Below are positions 48,401-62,280 of a stretch of DNA of 64,000 nucleotides, one piece after another. Source of the DNA: Moniliella sp. 'wahieum' (Eukaryota); contig RSEE01000034.1 of NCBI GenBank assembly GCA_003971905.1, positions 496,001-560,000 of the forward strand, written 5' to 3'. Position numbers and translations under genes: made by a program. The notes below the pieces were generated by a model. That model made no database searches, was not told the DNA's origin, and saw only the letters and a list, made by a program, of their open reading frames with translations. Each line of letters starts with the position of its first letter. Position 1 is the stretch's first letter.

Positions 48401-51400
48401 GCGAATGGAGTGTTTGACCGCAAGCGCGCGAACATACCGCGGATCATGCGGGTCGGTAAGGATAAACCCACTCTTAAGATGGGGGGGATATGCAATAAAG
48501 TCCTGGTCGACGTAAGGGTAGGTCTCCGCCTTCTTTCCTCCGCCATCTTGCGGGATCTCAAGGAAAGACGACAAGGACGCGTTCATATACGCCAGGTATG
48601 CAAGCAGGCGACACAGGTCGCTCGACCAGGCCAGGGCAAGACTGGGCGGGCCGACTGGGGTCGAAGTGCCGGAAGGGGCGAGATGCTTGGCCACCTGCAC
48701 CCCAAGCGATGGGGCCGACAGAGACGCAGTCTGACGCCCATGCACAGGGGTGCTGGTCCTTGGCGTGCCCCCCGGACGAGGGGTGCCTACCCTGGAACCC
48801 GTGGCGGTGGAGGCAAAGACGGGGTTGTTCAACAGTTTTTCAACCCCCTCCACTGCCGGCCGCCCGACTTGATCCAACACATCAAGGGCAAACTCGATCT
48901 CAGACGGTGAGGGAACGTGCCAGTCAATTTTAACGTCCTTCAGCTTGTATGCCTTGCCCCAGAAGTCTGACGATGTAGCTTGAACAAGGGGATCGTCCCA
49001 CTGGTCGCGGTTGAGGAAATGCTCTTCCAGAGGGTAAGTGGCAATCAGACTGGAAATCACGCGCGAGACCAGCGACGCCCCCAAGAAGTACGTTGTCTCG
49101 CTCCGGGCACGGGGAATGAGGCGGGTGAGGAAGCGAAGCAACACGTCCTTGTACTTCAAGAGGTGAACCCCGGAGCGTCTCGTCGCACCAAGCAGGAGCG
49201 AGAGGTGCCAATTGACCATTGTATCCCCTTGGATTTCGCGGCTCGTCTTGGTAGTAGCGATACTTGCTGCTCCCGATGCTAGTTCTGACTCGACAGCATC
49301 AATGGAGCGCTGCACCAAGGCCCCGAGCACCATTTCGGGGTCCGCGGCGGCAAAGTGGCCGACGAGCGAGGCGTACGGGTCGCGCTTGAGAGAGGGATTC
49401 TGAGTGATGTACTCCAATAGAACTTCGAAGCAGTTCTTGCGCACCCGAGGGGCCATGCTCTGCACCGCCACCCCATACGCTGAGCACAGAACGTTGACCA
49501 ATTGGTTCTCTGACTTGTCTTGCCAGCTCACTTCAGCACCGGACGCCGTGTCGTCGGGCAAACTCTCAAAGACCGACAGGATGCGGCGCAAGAACTCGAT
49601 TGCCCACACTTCCAAATCGGCGGTCGCTTCGCGCGCCCAGCGGTTTTGCGCAAGGCGATAGGCCTTCCTCTGATCATCGGATGCATCTGGTCCAGGCGGA
49701 GTATCGTTGGGCGTCCCATCGTCGTTGACATCGACCATTGCCAGCAGCTCCAACGCAGAATCCTCGGCTTTGGCGCGGAGCTCGTCGTAGTCAGGATGGG
49801 TCATGTCATCAATCCGGATGCCCAGACAAATGGTGAAGAAAAGCATGGCAGTCGAGATGGTCTTACTCGAGTCGTTCGGATCAATCCCAGGTAAGCACAA
49901 TGCCAGAAGAGATGGTAGGTGCTTCGCCCCCGCCGGATACACGTCCCGACTCAAGATAACCGGAGAAAGGTCGACCAAGGTGGTCAAGATTGCTTTAGTG
50001 CGTGCCGTGGTCTCCAACGCCTCAAGAGAAGAGATGGAACGCTGGAGAATATCAGGTACAATGAGGTCGGGGCGCAGAGCTGCAAGGCTACGGATGGCCA
50101 GACGCGCATTAGCCTGGCCCTTACGGTCCTTAGAGAACATGGAAAGGAGGCACACGGGCTTGAGAACTCGCACCACTGCCTCAATCGCTTCATCGGTAAG
50201 CCGATAGCGAGGCAAGACCTTGGATTTGGAACTGCGTTCGTAGAAAACGCGCTGGAGGAAGGTAGAAGCCAGCTGGGGGATAAACCGCATCAGCTGTACT
50301 TGCCAGTGACCCGTATTGAGTGGGTGGAAGAACGTCTCGGTGGCCAAGATGAAGGTAGCTAGATGTTCGATCGCCTTACTTCCGCCAAGGTAGGTCCGAG
50401 TTGCCCCCGCCCCTTCGGTCTCGGAAGAAGGGGGGTGCTGCTCATATGTATGAGCCGGGCCATCAGGAGCAATAGAGTAGATAATGATCCGGGCAACCGA
50501 TTGCCACTCGTTGCGCGGGAGCTTGTACCCCGACACTAGCTCATCCAAGCGTCCATCGTCGCCCACCAGCGCCAACGAAGATTGTGTTTGCAGCTGAAGA
50601 TTGTCTGACGTGTTTGTCCCGACCGGGGCCCCAATCAGTCTCAAGGCTTTGGCCATCACATGGCGGAACTGGTCCTCGGTGAAGATGCCAATATCTTTCC
50701 ACATGCTTGCTCGCGCGTTGGGATCCAAGAGGGGATTCGCATCAGGCTCCTCGTCTTCGCCCGCCATTTCGGTATCTTCGTCGTTGGAAGCAGGATTGAC
50801 CGAATCCGTTGTTCGCCGACTGGGCAGCCCCTCGACTGGGTCAGCATAGCGCCCCACATCTTGTTTCAAGTTGGCTGCCTCGGTGCTCTGGGGGTTGCGA
50901 AGCACTTCTTTGGATATGTCGGCAAGAAGATGAAGGATTTGGGAATCGACATGGGTCGATCGGAAGGTATCCCAGAGGCGGTAGACAAGGGGGAGGTAAA
51001 TGTTGGGTGCGCCATAATGGACTGGCAAGAAATGAACGAGAAGCGAGTGGGTAAGGGAGATATGGTCAATGCTCATCCCATCCAGGTTGCGGACAACGTG
51101 GTCTAGTGTGTCAATGACCACCGTCTCTTCTGGGTTAAAGAAGCGGCGCGCGACAATGGCCAAGTTGAGGCGGTTAACGACCACCCCGCTTGGGGGTTGG
51201 CGACGCTCCCTGACCAAGAGCTCGTCCTTAATCGAGTCCCAGAGCGGGCGGACGGGGAGCACAAGGTGCCGAATGTCTATCCGGTTCTGGCTGTCGATCA
51301 GGCGGGTCAAAAGCCCCACCAGGCTTTTGAGCATGGAGGAAGGCATGGCCAACTCGACCGCGGCGTGGTAGACCAGTCTGCCCAACCGAGCACGGGTGGA

Positions 51401-51777
51401 GCGGCGCAGCGGGTAGTTGAGTGCCAACAGGTTCTCAGTGTACCGGACCCAGATGTAGAGCCCGAGGCTAAAGCTGAGGGAAAGAGGTTAGCAGGGGCAG
51501 TGGGGGCGAGAGAAGGGGGAACGTACTCCCGGATTTGGATCGAGTCGATGATGCGGCGGATGCATTGGTCGAGGCGCTGGTCGAACTCGGCGAGCGACTC
51601 GCACGGGTAGGGCAGGAGCGAGGGCCAAAGATGGCGTTTGTTGCGGCGCTCGGCGCGGATCTCGGCATTGGGGCTCGAGTGCGGGGTGGCGTGTTCAGGC
51701 TGGTCGGGGAGCTGGTTGTCGTCGTCGAGGAGCGAGAGCGCCATGGACACGGCGTCGTCTTCGGACAGGTCGCTCAT
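45435..51777 (-). CDS. BLM10: Proteasome activator Blm10/PA200
   Basis: N-terminal LLPYPCES; ETFFHPLNTGHW; LEALETTART; LPGIDPNDSSKT; IDWHVPS; YPRAYWVARA; C-terminal HSALLGACALVTAFPYDIPAWMP and VRKCAADFRRTHQDTWQEDQKRFT. Introns lie at 51474-51526 and near 46930-46997. Confidence 0.93.
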
Positions 51778-52250
51778 GGTGGGCGGAAGCGACCGAGGAA
51801 GGAGCAATGGATGTGCGGGTTATGTACCGACGGCGACGGTGGCGGTTGGGGGGTGAATGCGCCAACCGGACGCAGCGGCGGATGGTCGGGCGTGATACTC
51901 AGGGTCCTCCACCTGGCCCGCACTTGAGCTCCCAGCAAGCCGCGCGTCGTCGGTGCAACTCGCCCCCCTAAAGCGTATAGGGGGCATTACGTACACGTGC
52001 CAGGGGCCACCTTACGTACGCGGGGACCGCTGGACATGCCACATGCCACATGCCGTAACACTGCGCCTGGGAAATGCCCTCCCCCACCTCCACCAGGAGA
52101 GAGGCCGCCGTCGCCTCATGCCCCAGGCGGCGGTGTGACTCACAGCGCAGGTCACTAGTCACACCACCTGCCCTGTCACATGCCAGGCGCATCCGGCGGG
52201 CAGCCGCCGCCGCCGCCGCGCCCCCCTCCCTCTCTGCCCCACCAGCCGCC

Positions 52251-54386
52251 ATGTCGGGCAAGCCAGTCTTGCGCCGCACCCTCACCGAGCCCGTCGACTC
52301 GTCCCCCCCGCGCTCCCGCTCCCACCGCTTTTCCTCGTTTCTCCACCACCGCCCCAGCTACGGCATTGCCAGTGCCCTCGCCCCCGTCCGCGCCGTCGCC
52401 GAGAGCGCGGCGAGCCCCTTTGTGGTCGGCGCTCTGGGCGAAGATGGGCGCCGCAAGAGCTTTCATCGCCACCCAGAGGAACGCGACCCCGAGCTGGACC
52501 AGGAGTCGGATCCCCAGCCCCCCTCACGCGGCCGTTCAACCAACGTGGGTTCGTCCCTGTCTCGGCGGCGGAGCCTGTTGGGCCTGCGCCACCACCGCTC
52601 CTACTCCCTCACCTCGCGCCCCACGGAAGCGCCACCAGACCGTTCCAGCATCGAGATTGGACGTGTAGAGGAGCGTGGCGCCCCTCGCACTTCCGTTGAC
52701 TCGACTCGTCCCGGTTCAGCCGCTTCGGTTGGCTCCAGCGCCAGCTCCAGCTCCGCAGACGACGGCTTGGACCCACTCGACTCGGGCGTTCCATCTACCC
52801 CTACCCCCGAACAACTGGGAGATACTAGTGGTGACGCTGTGAGGAAGGATTCAGAAGAGAGCCAGATTCAGCCCGAACTCATCGACTCTGGCCGCGACAA
52901 GGCGAACGACGAGGCAAAATACGAAATCAGTGACGATTCGGATGACGAGGACGAATGGGAAATAGATCCCATTCTTCTTGACAACACGATCTACAATGCC
53001 AACTATCTTGAGCTCCCGCCAGATGATCCGCGCAACCAACAGGACCTTATCGATGCGGGCGATGACGACCATGCGGGGCGCCCAATGTGGTCATGAGAGA
53101 CTTTTGTTCCCAAACAGACCACTTGCAGCACTCTACCACCGACAACCCAGGTCAGCTCGGCTGCAACAAGCTTCACGTGTCCAACCCCATCTTTGAGCGC
53201 AACCGGTGCACTATTACCATTACCTCTGGCAACTGGAACGAGGCACAGGGGAAGCGTACCCGGCCCAAGAGATATGTCGTTCCCTCGGATGGGAGCGAGG
53301 AGGCGGCATATGCGGCCGAATGGACGATCGGTACGGTTTTGCGCGACGGAGACGAAGTGCTGGTGGTCAACGTGATGGAGACAGACGTCAAGTTTGACGA
53401 GATGGATCGCAAGAGCGATACGAGCGTCGCCCGTGCTCAGCATCAAAGCATCCGTGCCGCCGAGGCACGAGTGCTCGTTGCACATTGTACTCGCCTGTTG
53501 GAACGGACTCGCTTGTCGGTCAAGGTCGTGACCCAAGCTTTGCACGCCAAGAATGCACGACACATGTTGCTTGATCTGATTGATTTTTCGAGCCGACCAT
53601 GGTGATCGTCGGGAGCCGCGGCCGGAGTAGTCTCAAAGGCATTCTACTGGGCTCGACAAGTCATTACTTGGTCCAAAGGTCGAGCATGCCGGTCATGATC
53701 GTGCGCAAACGCTTGACGCTTCCTCCTTTGCCCAAGGCCAAGGCGGATGTGGTGGCCGAGGTGAAGGCGCGGCATCGCGAGCTGCGTGATGCAGCCATCG
53801 AAAAGGAGTCGAACGTGACGGACCAGAACCCCGAGCTGGTAGAAGTGGAGGAGCAAGAGATCAAGGATGCAGCGCTCAAGGACAACAAGCCTTCCGACAA
53901 TGCGAGCGGTCCTCGCATGCCCCATGTGCCAGGAATTGGAGGGAAGAAGGCAGCGGTGGCGGCCGAAGAGCGGATTCATGCCGAAGTGGACAAGGTCCGC
54001 GAGAAGGAGGTCCAGCGAGAGCTGGAGCGGGAGAAGCAACGCGTAGTTGCTCGCTCTGCCGAGGAAGAGCGGGAGAGAGTACGGGCGGAGCAAGCCGAGC
54101 GGGCGCTGAAGCGGGCCAGGGCTGCAGGCCGTGCGGACGCGGCGGCATGCATCCCACAAAAGGAAGCCACGGAACACATTGGCCTAAACGAGACGGTGGA
54201 AGAAGGGGCCCCATCGTCACACGTGCGTTCCTCGTCTTCACCCCTGTCGTCTACGCAGGCATCGGGCCTCGCAGGAAGGAAGAATCTCCAAGTTTGGCTG
54301 GGTCCCAGATCCACGCCAACCATGGGCCATCTTTGACCTCTGCTGCTTCGGCTGGGTCGAAGGAAGAGGCAGATGAGGCCAGTTGA
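52251..54386 (+). CDS. Universal stress protein (Usp/adenine nucleotide alpha hydrolase-like) domain protein
   Basis: KRYVV.SDGSEEAAYAAEWTIGTVLRDGDEVLVV, HAKNARHMLLDLID, MVIVGSRGRSSLKGILLGSTSHYLVQRSSMPVMIVR. The 3' end is uncertain. Confidence 0.88.
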
Positions 54387-55288
54387 TGTACTTGGCTGGA
54401 GAGGAATATGTATGGGTTCTGGTTATGTATACGATACTTTAAACGAGGCGTGATGGTGCACCTAGGCTTGTTCCAGGCGCCGACAGCGGACCATGTAAGA
54501 CTACATAGAGTACAGGAGCGTAGGGGGGTTGGCGTACCTGCTTTATGGAGAAGTGCTCTGCATCCACGGCGCGTCACTCACTACCTGGGTGTAACGTGAA
54601 CCGTTTCCTCAGGCGTAAAAGCAAGCAAAAAAGTCAGGTCCCAACATGTTACCCTAGTTGCGGGCCCAGCTGCAGCGTGCGCCGCAACAGCAACAACTCG
54701 GCATTTTCCCACATCAGCGGCGGCCTCACTGTGTCCTCGGGGTACCCGTGTTTACTTTCCAATGCGGATCGTTCACTGACGCCTTGCGTTTTATTCTCCG
54801 CCTACTAACTGCTGAGCCTATATGGCCCACAACCGTTTGTGCCCTGCACATCACTTACTGAGTGTTATTGAGGGGATAACTGGCTATCGTCACCAGGGGG
54901 TAGAGAGTAGCCACCCAACGTGGCCACAGCCCCAGCGCTCTGTGGGGGGGTGTCGGGGGAACCCATAGGCATGGAAAGAATGGGTAGCATGCCCGTGCTG
55001 CTGCTCGACGACCCGACTTGTCCGTTTCGCGCTTACACCTTTATTCAGGCTGGCTGCGTCGGACCGCGTCAAGCAACATTCAGTGAGTGCGAAGGGGTAA
55101 ACAATAGGGTTGGCCGCAGCAGCATCAAACCGCAAATTGGCACTGTGGTCTCCTGCTCTCATCTCCTGGGCAGCACAGGGCCAGCTAGCTTGCGTAACCC
55201 TACCGGATTCCCCTGCGGCGGCCAACCACCGGCTGTATCGCAAAACGTACCCTTGCTTCGGTCCCACCCCACCAAGAACTCATTCAAG

Positions 55289-55857
55289 ATGGCGCCCAAG
55301 GCTGACCCCTCCATCCCCGTCACCGTTATCCTCCGCGCCACTGGTGGTGTGAGGTCGGTGCCTCCTCGGCTCTGGCCCCCAAGATCGGTCCTCTTGGTCT
55401 GGTGAGTACCCCCGTTGCGCCTTGTCGAAACCGGAAAGATTGACTGACGGCTGTTCTTCCTGCTCTCTAGTCGCCCAAGAAGATTGGTGAGGACATTGCC
55501 AAGGCCACTGGTGAGTGGAAGGGCCTGCGCGTGACGGTGAAGCTGGTTGTCCAGAACCGTCAGGCGGCAGTGTCGGTTGTGCCCTCGGCTTCGTCGCTGG
55601 TCATCCGCGCGCTGAAGGAGCCCCCCCGTGACCGCAAGAAGGAGAAGAACATCAAGCACGGCGGCAACATTCCCTTTGACGAGATTGTTGAGATTGCGCG
55701 CACCATGCGTCCGCGCTCGTTTGCCAAGGACCTTTCGGGTGTGGTGAAGGAGATCCTCGGCACGGCTCAGTCGGTCGGCTGCCGCGTGGACCGCCGTCCG
55801 CCTCACGACATTATTGACGCCATCAACGAGGGCGAGATTGAGGTTCCCCAGGAGTAA
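55289..55857 (+). CDS. RPL12: 60S ribosomal protein L12 (uL11)
   Basis: MAPKADP..LRATGG(E)[16 protein letters not shown], intron 55402-55470, then [65 protein letters not shown]. Confidence 0.98.
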
Positions 55858-56465
55858 AGTGTCCTGCTGGCCTGTCTCGCGTTGATGTCCCGTCTGCTCG
55901 TCCGATCGCTGGTTGCTGTGCCCGGTTCCCACCTGTGCTGCCGAGCATGGCGGCGGGCGCCTTTGGCCGCCCTGTATGGTAAGCATGCTACCCGTGCCGA
56001 GCGCTCACCGTGCGGTGGTCATGAGGGTGCTCTGTTTTCCCTCGCTTTGCCTGTGCCGGGCTTTCTTCCTATCTGCATGCATCTCACAGCTATGGCGCGC
56101 GCATGACCATCGTCTGCTGCAACAGCTTGCTTGGGGGGGGGGGGGGGGTGTTTGGGACACATAGCAGGCTGGGTGTAGTTCGCATGTGGCCTGGGATGGG
56201 CTTGGAAGAGAGGTGTAAGTGGAGCGGGTGCTGGCTAAGGCGTGGCGTGAAGCGGGGGGGGGGAGGGTGGGGTTACTGGTACGGACTATGAGACTGCAAG
56301 TAGCAATTGGCAAGGTGCTTACGTCAGGTGCGAATGGGCGGCATATTTCAATGTGGCAGACAAACATCAACATCTATGTCCTGCCCAGCGCAAGCGAGGG
56401 CAGGCGAGGCAAGCGGGCGGTGCACCAACACACGCGCCCTCCCACCCTCCACCTCTCCCAGCGCC

Positions 56466-59400
56466 ATGGAGTCCAGCATATCTGTCGCCGTGCGTGTGCG
56501 GCCGTTCAACGACAAGGAGCTTCCGCTCCTCGCTCCGCCCACGGACGACGACCCCTTCATGGGCGACGGCGCCTTCTCGGCCATGACCACCACCAGCGCC
56601 GCCGCCAAGCACAAGCGCCTCCGCTCCATCATCAGCGTCCTCAGCGACCGCGTGCTGGTCTTCGACCCACCCGATCGCGAAGCGCTCAAGCGCCTGCGCA
56701 AAACCAACCCCGGCATCTGCCAAGGCACCCGCCCCAACAAGGATGTCCGCTATGCCTTTGACAGCGTCTGGACCGACACTTCCACCCAGCAGCAAATTTA
56801 TACCGGTACCGTCGAGCCTTTGCTGGAAGGCGTCATGACAGGGTACAACGCCACTGTGTTTGCCTACGGGGTGCGTAGTGCTCGACTGCATTGCTTGGTT
56901 CGGTGCTGACTGACTGACCTCGCTTGTACAGGCTACCGGATGCGGCAAAACCCACACCATCTCGGGCACCCCCGAAGACCCTGGACTGATCTTTCTGACC
57001 ATGCGCGATTTTCCAGCGGGCCCAGGACGATGCAGATGACAAGCAGATCGTCATCAAGCTCTCCTACCTCGAGATCTACAACGAGAAGATTCGCGATCTT
57101 CTCTCCCCGGAGCCCACGCCCCCAGGGCAGGGCCTCCTCCTCCGCGATGCCGTCGGGGAAAGCAAAGAATTAGTGTGGTGGGCCTGACCGAACACACTCC
57201 TGGCACGCCTGAGGAGGTTCTGTCCATGATTACCGATGGAAATCGACGGCGTACCATGAGCCCAACCGAGGCCAATGCGGTTTCCAGCCGAAGTCATGCC
57301 GTGTTGCAGGTGAACGTGATGCAGCGGCCCAAGGGGACCGGCTTGACCGAGGAGTGTACCTCGGCCAGTCTAAATATCATTGACCTGGCTGGGTCAGAGC
57401 GCGCCTCCGCCACAAGGAACCGAGGCCAACGAATGATGGAAGGTGCCAACATTAACCGGTCTCTCTTGGCCTTGGCCAACTGTATCAATGCACTCTGCCG
57501 CCCCGCCGCAGCTCATGGCCAGATCCACATTCCCTACCGCGACTCCAAGTTGACCCGGCTGCTCAAGTTTTCTCTTGGTGGCAATTGTCGTACCGTGATG
57601 ATTGTCTGTTTCCCCTTCCTCGGCCCACTTTGAAGAAACGCAGAAGACACTCAAATATGCTGCGTCTGCCAAGACAATTCGAACCAAGGTGAGCCAGAAC
57701 TTGATCAATGTTGATCGGCACGTCGAGTCGTACGCCAAAGCATCCTCGAGCTCCAAGCTCAGAACCAGAGACTCAAGAAGTTGCTAGAGGAGGGAGCATC
57801 TCTTCATTCGGGTGTGGAGCAGCGCAAAAAGGCAGAATTGGCCGAACTCGCGCGGCAAGCCAAGGCGGGAATGCAAGAGGCAGCCGACGCTTATTTCACC
57901 ATCGTCAGGGAAAAGGCGGTATATGAGGCCCAGATGGACGCTGCCCGGGGGCAGATTTCCTCCCTCCGCGCGCAAATTGCCGAATGCCGAACCCACACTT
58001 CAGCGGCGCATGATAGCGAGATGGCGGTTCTCTCAGCTGCTCTTTCTCACCAAGAGAAGCGTCTGGCCGATCCTGGACTCGCATCTGAGCTACGGCAACT
58101 CCAGGGCGCGCTCACCCAGTTTACCTCCTCTTTGTCGGCTGCCTCGCAAACGCACGTTTCGACGCCGAGGCGCGAGAATGTTGCAAAGCACTTCGTCCAA
58201 GCTTCAAGCCCAAGGGGAATCAATTCGTGCCAAGGTAAAATACGACGCATTGCTGGGTTTAATGAGCCAACAAACAACCAGTTTATTGTCTAGAGGTGCG
58301 TTGGCCACCGGGGCCCTGCGCGATGCAGCGCAAGGGGTGGAACAACAGGCAGTGGCTACTCCTTCGGCTGCCTTGGCGTGTCTGGCCGGACCCTTGCGCA
58401 CTCTTGCGGAACAAAATGATACGGCATTGGCCACCCTCGCCGGACAAGCTCACCCCATCTCTGTACCCTCCCAGCGTCCCGTTGCCTCTCTCCGTGGTGG
58501 AGGAAATCGAGCCGGGTCATCCTTTCCCTCGACCTCTGCCCCATGCAGCCCCGGCCGCAGCTGCCTCCGCTAAACCTTCATACCGGAGCCGCGCGGACCG
58601 CATGTCTATTAGTGGCACGAGGGTGGTGGCATCGATGGGCCGTAACCGGCCTTCGACCACTCGACGGGTGTCCACAGGAGCGTCTGCCCTCGTCGCCCAA
58701 GCGAGCATCGTATGCAGCCGCAACCGCCGCCAGTCGAACCAAACGAGTTGGACTGGCAGTGGAGAGTCCCCGTGCTACAGCGCGGGAGAAGCAGCGGAAA
58801 CCCCCGTGGGCGACCGTCCAAAGAGGCGGTGCATAAGAAACGGGTCAGTGCGGCGCATGCAGCCCAGCGCATACCTTCTACCGTGGTCAAGAGTATGACG
58901 GCTATACAGAGAAGCGCAAGGTTTCCCTCCGATGGAAAGACTTGGCGGGAGAAGGTGAATGGAGGAGCGGTTTTCCCCCGAGCAATCCGTGGCAACGCAG
59001 CCGGCCACACCAGAAGTGGAGATGGCTCTGTCACCCCAGCCCACAGGTCACCAAGCATACCTTGGACTTGTCTCCTGCCAAAGTGCGCCGCCAAGCGGTT
59101 GCGGCCACAGCCGAAACCTGCTACATCCTCGGTTTCCAATCGAGCAACAATGACGTTCGTATGGAAGAGAGCGAACTCCCACCACCTCTCTTCTCTCCCT
59201 GATCGGCCCTCTTCGTTGCTCCACGGACTAGTTTTCCCCCTCCCTCCGCATGCAGCCACCTGGAGTCTCGCCCTACGTTGCGCACCTTGGGAGGGGCCCC
59301 GCAGGCCACTATCTCGCCTTCACTGGCATCCTGTTCAAGACGGGGAGAACACGCCCCGCCTCCGGTCGTTGGTGGAGGGAGCATCTTTGCTACGCTGGCC

Positions 59401-59541
59401 AAGGAACGAGATGCGCTGGCCACATCAGCAAGTTCTGGGCCGGGCAAGCTGTCGACGACCACCATCGTTCGTGCCCCGCCTGGCAACGCGGCGGCACGGG
59501 CTTCGCTCCGAGCCGCCTCCCACAACCTGTCTCGCAGCTAG
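56466..59541 (+). CDS. Kinesin-8 family motor (Kip3/Klp5-6-like)
   Basis: SISVAVRVRP, YAFD, GYNATVFAYG, intron 56871-56931, ATGCGKTHT (P-loop), SYLEIYNE, TEANAVSSRSHAVLQV, IIDLAGSERA, EGANINRSLLAL.NCINAL, HIPYRDSKLTRLLKFSLGGNCRTVMI. The tail is frameshifted and the 3' end is approximate. Confidence 0.92.
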
Positions 59542-60175
59542 CTCCTCTGGAACTTCTTTTGCCGCGGCCCTTTTCCCCTTCTCTTCCCTCTCTACTAGTC
59601 CCTTTTTGCCCCCTTTGTCTTCTCCCAGCCGGTTGTGGCTGCTCTCTTGCCCAGCTCGAAAATTTTAATTGTAACATACCCTTTTCGCGTCACTTTCTGT
59701 GGGTCGTTGGTGGCGACTCCAGTGTTTATACGTGCAGCGGTATTGGACCCTCTGATCGTGAGTCGTTGTGGCGCAGAACGTGATCTTGCCAAGACTGACC
59801 TAAGTAGCTCGATAGCAGGGGGAAAGAAGGGATCAGAAAGAAGAGAAGACTCAATATGAAAATAGGCATCAAAATCACCTTTTCCTGCCCGAATGCGATC
59901 TTCGTTTCAGCCTTTGGAGATTCGTGCGATACTTTACGAACTCTCTCCCTGACTTTAGTCTTCTCGTATCGTTTCCAAAAATATACTCAGTGCAGTGGAA
60001 GAAGATCTATGCTATTGAAGCTCCACAGTCAGCCAAATGACCGCAACTGTGGGAGGTTGGTGATCATGTATCATGGTATAGTGGCATCAAAAGCCCGCTG
60101 TGGGGACGAGAAATGTCGACACGCTTGGAGAGAAAACGCATAGTTACTGTGTACCCTCGATCAGGCCATTGCACC

Positions 60176-62280
60176 TCACATACGAGACAAGTCCCGCCCC
60201 CAAATCCCTCGCTTGATGTAGTCCACCAGTAGGAGGAGACGAGTGCGAGAATCAACCTGCTCGGATAGATAAAAGGAGCGCCAGACATACATGGCCAGCA
60301 CTCCACCCGCAAACTGTCCTACACTTTCCGGAAGGAAAGGAATATCAAACGCTGCCGCATTGCCAATGTAGGCCAGTCGTCCCAAATTGCGGAACTTGAA
60401 CGGAGGGTAGTTCTCATCTTCCCACCGTTCCGGTTGGGTCACGGGATTGGTCTTCCCTTGTTGGGCCGCATCCACTTGGTCGGCTGCCAAGCGTTCGTCG
60501 CGTGCGATGGCGAGATGGTTCAACATACGGCCCAAGTACTTCCCTTGTTGGGCTGCGGCCTGAGCCGTGGCAGGGTACGCCGTCACATTGCTCTGCAGAC
60601 CAAGGAGGAGGGAAGCCAACTCGTTGATAGAGAGTTTGTTATCCCCATCCTCGTCGTATGCTTGGAAGAGGCGGTCCAGTTTCTCCAAGTGCCGGGTGGC
60701 TAAGGGATAATGCTTGTTGATCTCGGTTACAATCTGGACAAACTCCTTGTAGGATAAAAGTCCGTTGCTGTTCCCATCATACCGGTCGACCCACTCGTAG
60801 ACGTGGTCGATCAACCTGTTATCAATGGTTGCAGCATCCCCAATGGCATACATGGTGCCCGGGATGCTCCCCTTGACACGGAGATACGAGTCGACCATGA
60901 GAGCCTTGAGGTGGAATTGGTTAGGGAGTACTTCGGACATACGCCGAGTGAAAGGATTCATAGCGATCCCTGTCGACCACAGCGTAAATCCCGAGGGAAT
61001 CTCAAACTCCTGGACAGAGTTGTCATCCATGCGCACAGTGTAGACGATTTTGTCAGGCGAGACCGACTTGACTCGTGAGTTGGTGATCAGTTGAACTCCA
61101 TCGCGGGCGAATTTGTGCTCAGCGTACTGCGAGATTTTCTCGGCATATGTGTTGAGGATGTGCTCGCGGGATTGAATGACAGACACCTTGACTTGGGAAG
61201 GGACGATTTTGGGGTACAGCCGCACCACATCCTCCTTTACCATATCAAAGATCTCCGCTGCCGTCTCGACACCCGTGGGGCCTCCTCCACATATGACAAA
61301 ACTCAGCAGTCTGCTTCTCTCCTCGGGCGATATGGTGGGGAGAGAAGCAAGCTCGAGATTGTTGACGATTTTGGCACGAATGGCACGAACTTGAGGGATG
61401 GTCTTAAGCTGGAAGCAGTGCTCCAACCCAGGCACACCATGCGTGCTGGTCACGCTCCCGCATGCAATGACAAGTTTGTCATAAGGAACATAAACGTGCT
61501 TTGTCATATTGCCCTCTGCGCTCTCTCCATGGGGTCTCCGTCGATCACGGCGACTTCGAGCAAGTGCGAGTACTGCCGACGCTCGCTGGGAGGTTCAAGC
61601 TGGGAAGGGATCGCCACGTCGACAGCTTTGCCTTGGACGTAATGGCCGTCGAGCCGCTTGATAATTCTCCGCAAGCCCTCGACCAGTGAACGAGGCTCGA
61701 CCGTGCCCACGGCCGCCGAGGGAAGAAGGGGTGTGAAGAGGAAGTAATTGGTAGGCGACACAACTGTCACGTGGTACCTCTCTGGGTCCAGCGATTGCAT
61801 AAGGGCAACCGCCCCCCACCCGCCCCCGACAATCACGAGGTGTTCTTTGCCGGCCAAGCGGGAAGAACGCTCGTTATCGGCATCGTCCACCTGGATAGAA
61901 GAATGGGGAGTTTCTTTGGGCCCCCGACTTCCGGCCGGAGTGCCAAGTCCGGGAGAGTTACCTCCTCGATGGCTACATCCGAGTAGAGTAGGTGTCATGT
62001 CGTACAGGAGGATGATCGCAACGGTTGCTGACACCCCAAACACCATGCTTCCCGCTCCAAGCAAGGACCACTTCAACACCGGATGCCGTGCCAGAACGCC
62101 GGGGCGGGGTGGCAGAGGAGGAGGCACAGCGTTGTTGGCTCCCCGCCCCGAGGTACTACTGAATGCCCGACAGAGCGAGGCGCGCAGTCCTGGGCGGGGA
62201 TGTGGTGTATAGAGCGGAAAACGCGAGCCGAGAGCAAAGGCAGCATGCCTGCGAAGTACCGGAAGGCCTGTTGTTCGCAT
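60176..62280 (-). CDS. Mitochondrial type II (alternative, external-type) NAD(P)H dehydrogenase with an EF-hand insertion
   Basis: Arg-rich presequence; LVIVGGGWG; VVSPTNYFLFTPLLPSAAVGTVE; YDKLVIACGS; FVICGGGPTGVE; LWSTG; YAIGD; EF-hand-like DGNSNGLLSYKEF and DEDGDNKLSINEL; PATAQ.A.QQG.YL; WGRDLS. Confidence 0.95.

Noticed and set aside
56132..56148. Long G homopolymer (also a C-run at ~36074 and a G-run at ~5792) as G-quadruplex elements
   Set aside because: Homopolymer lengths are unreliable in this assembly and there is no independent evidence of function.
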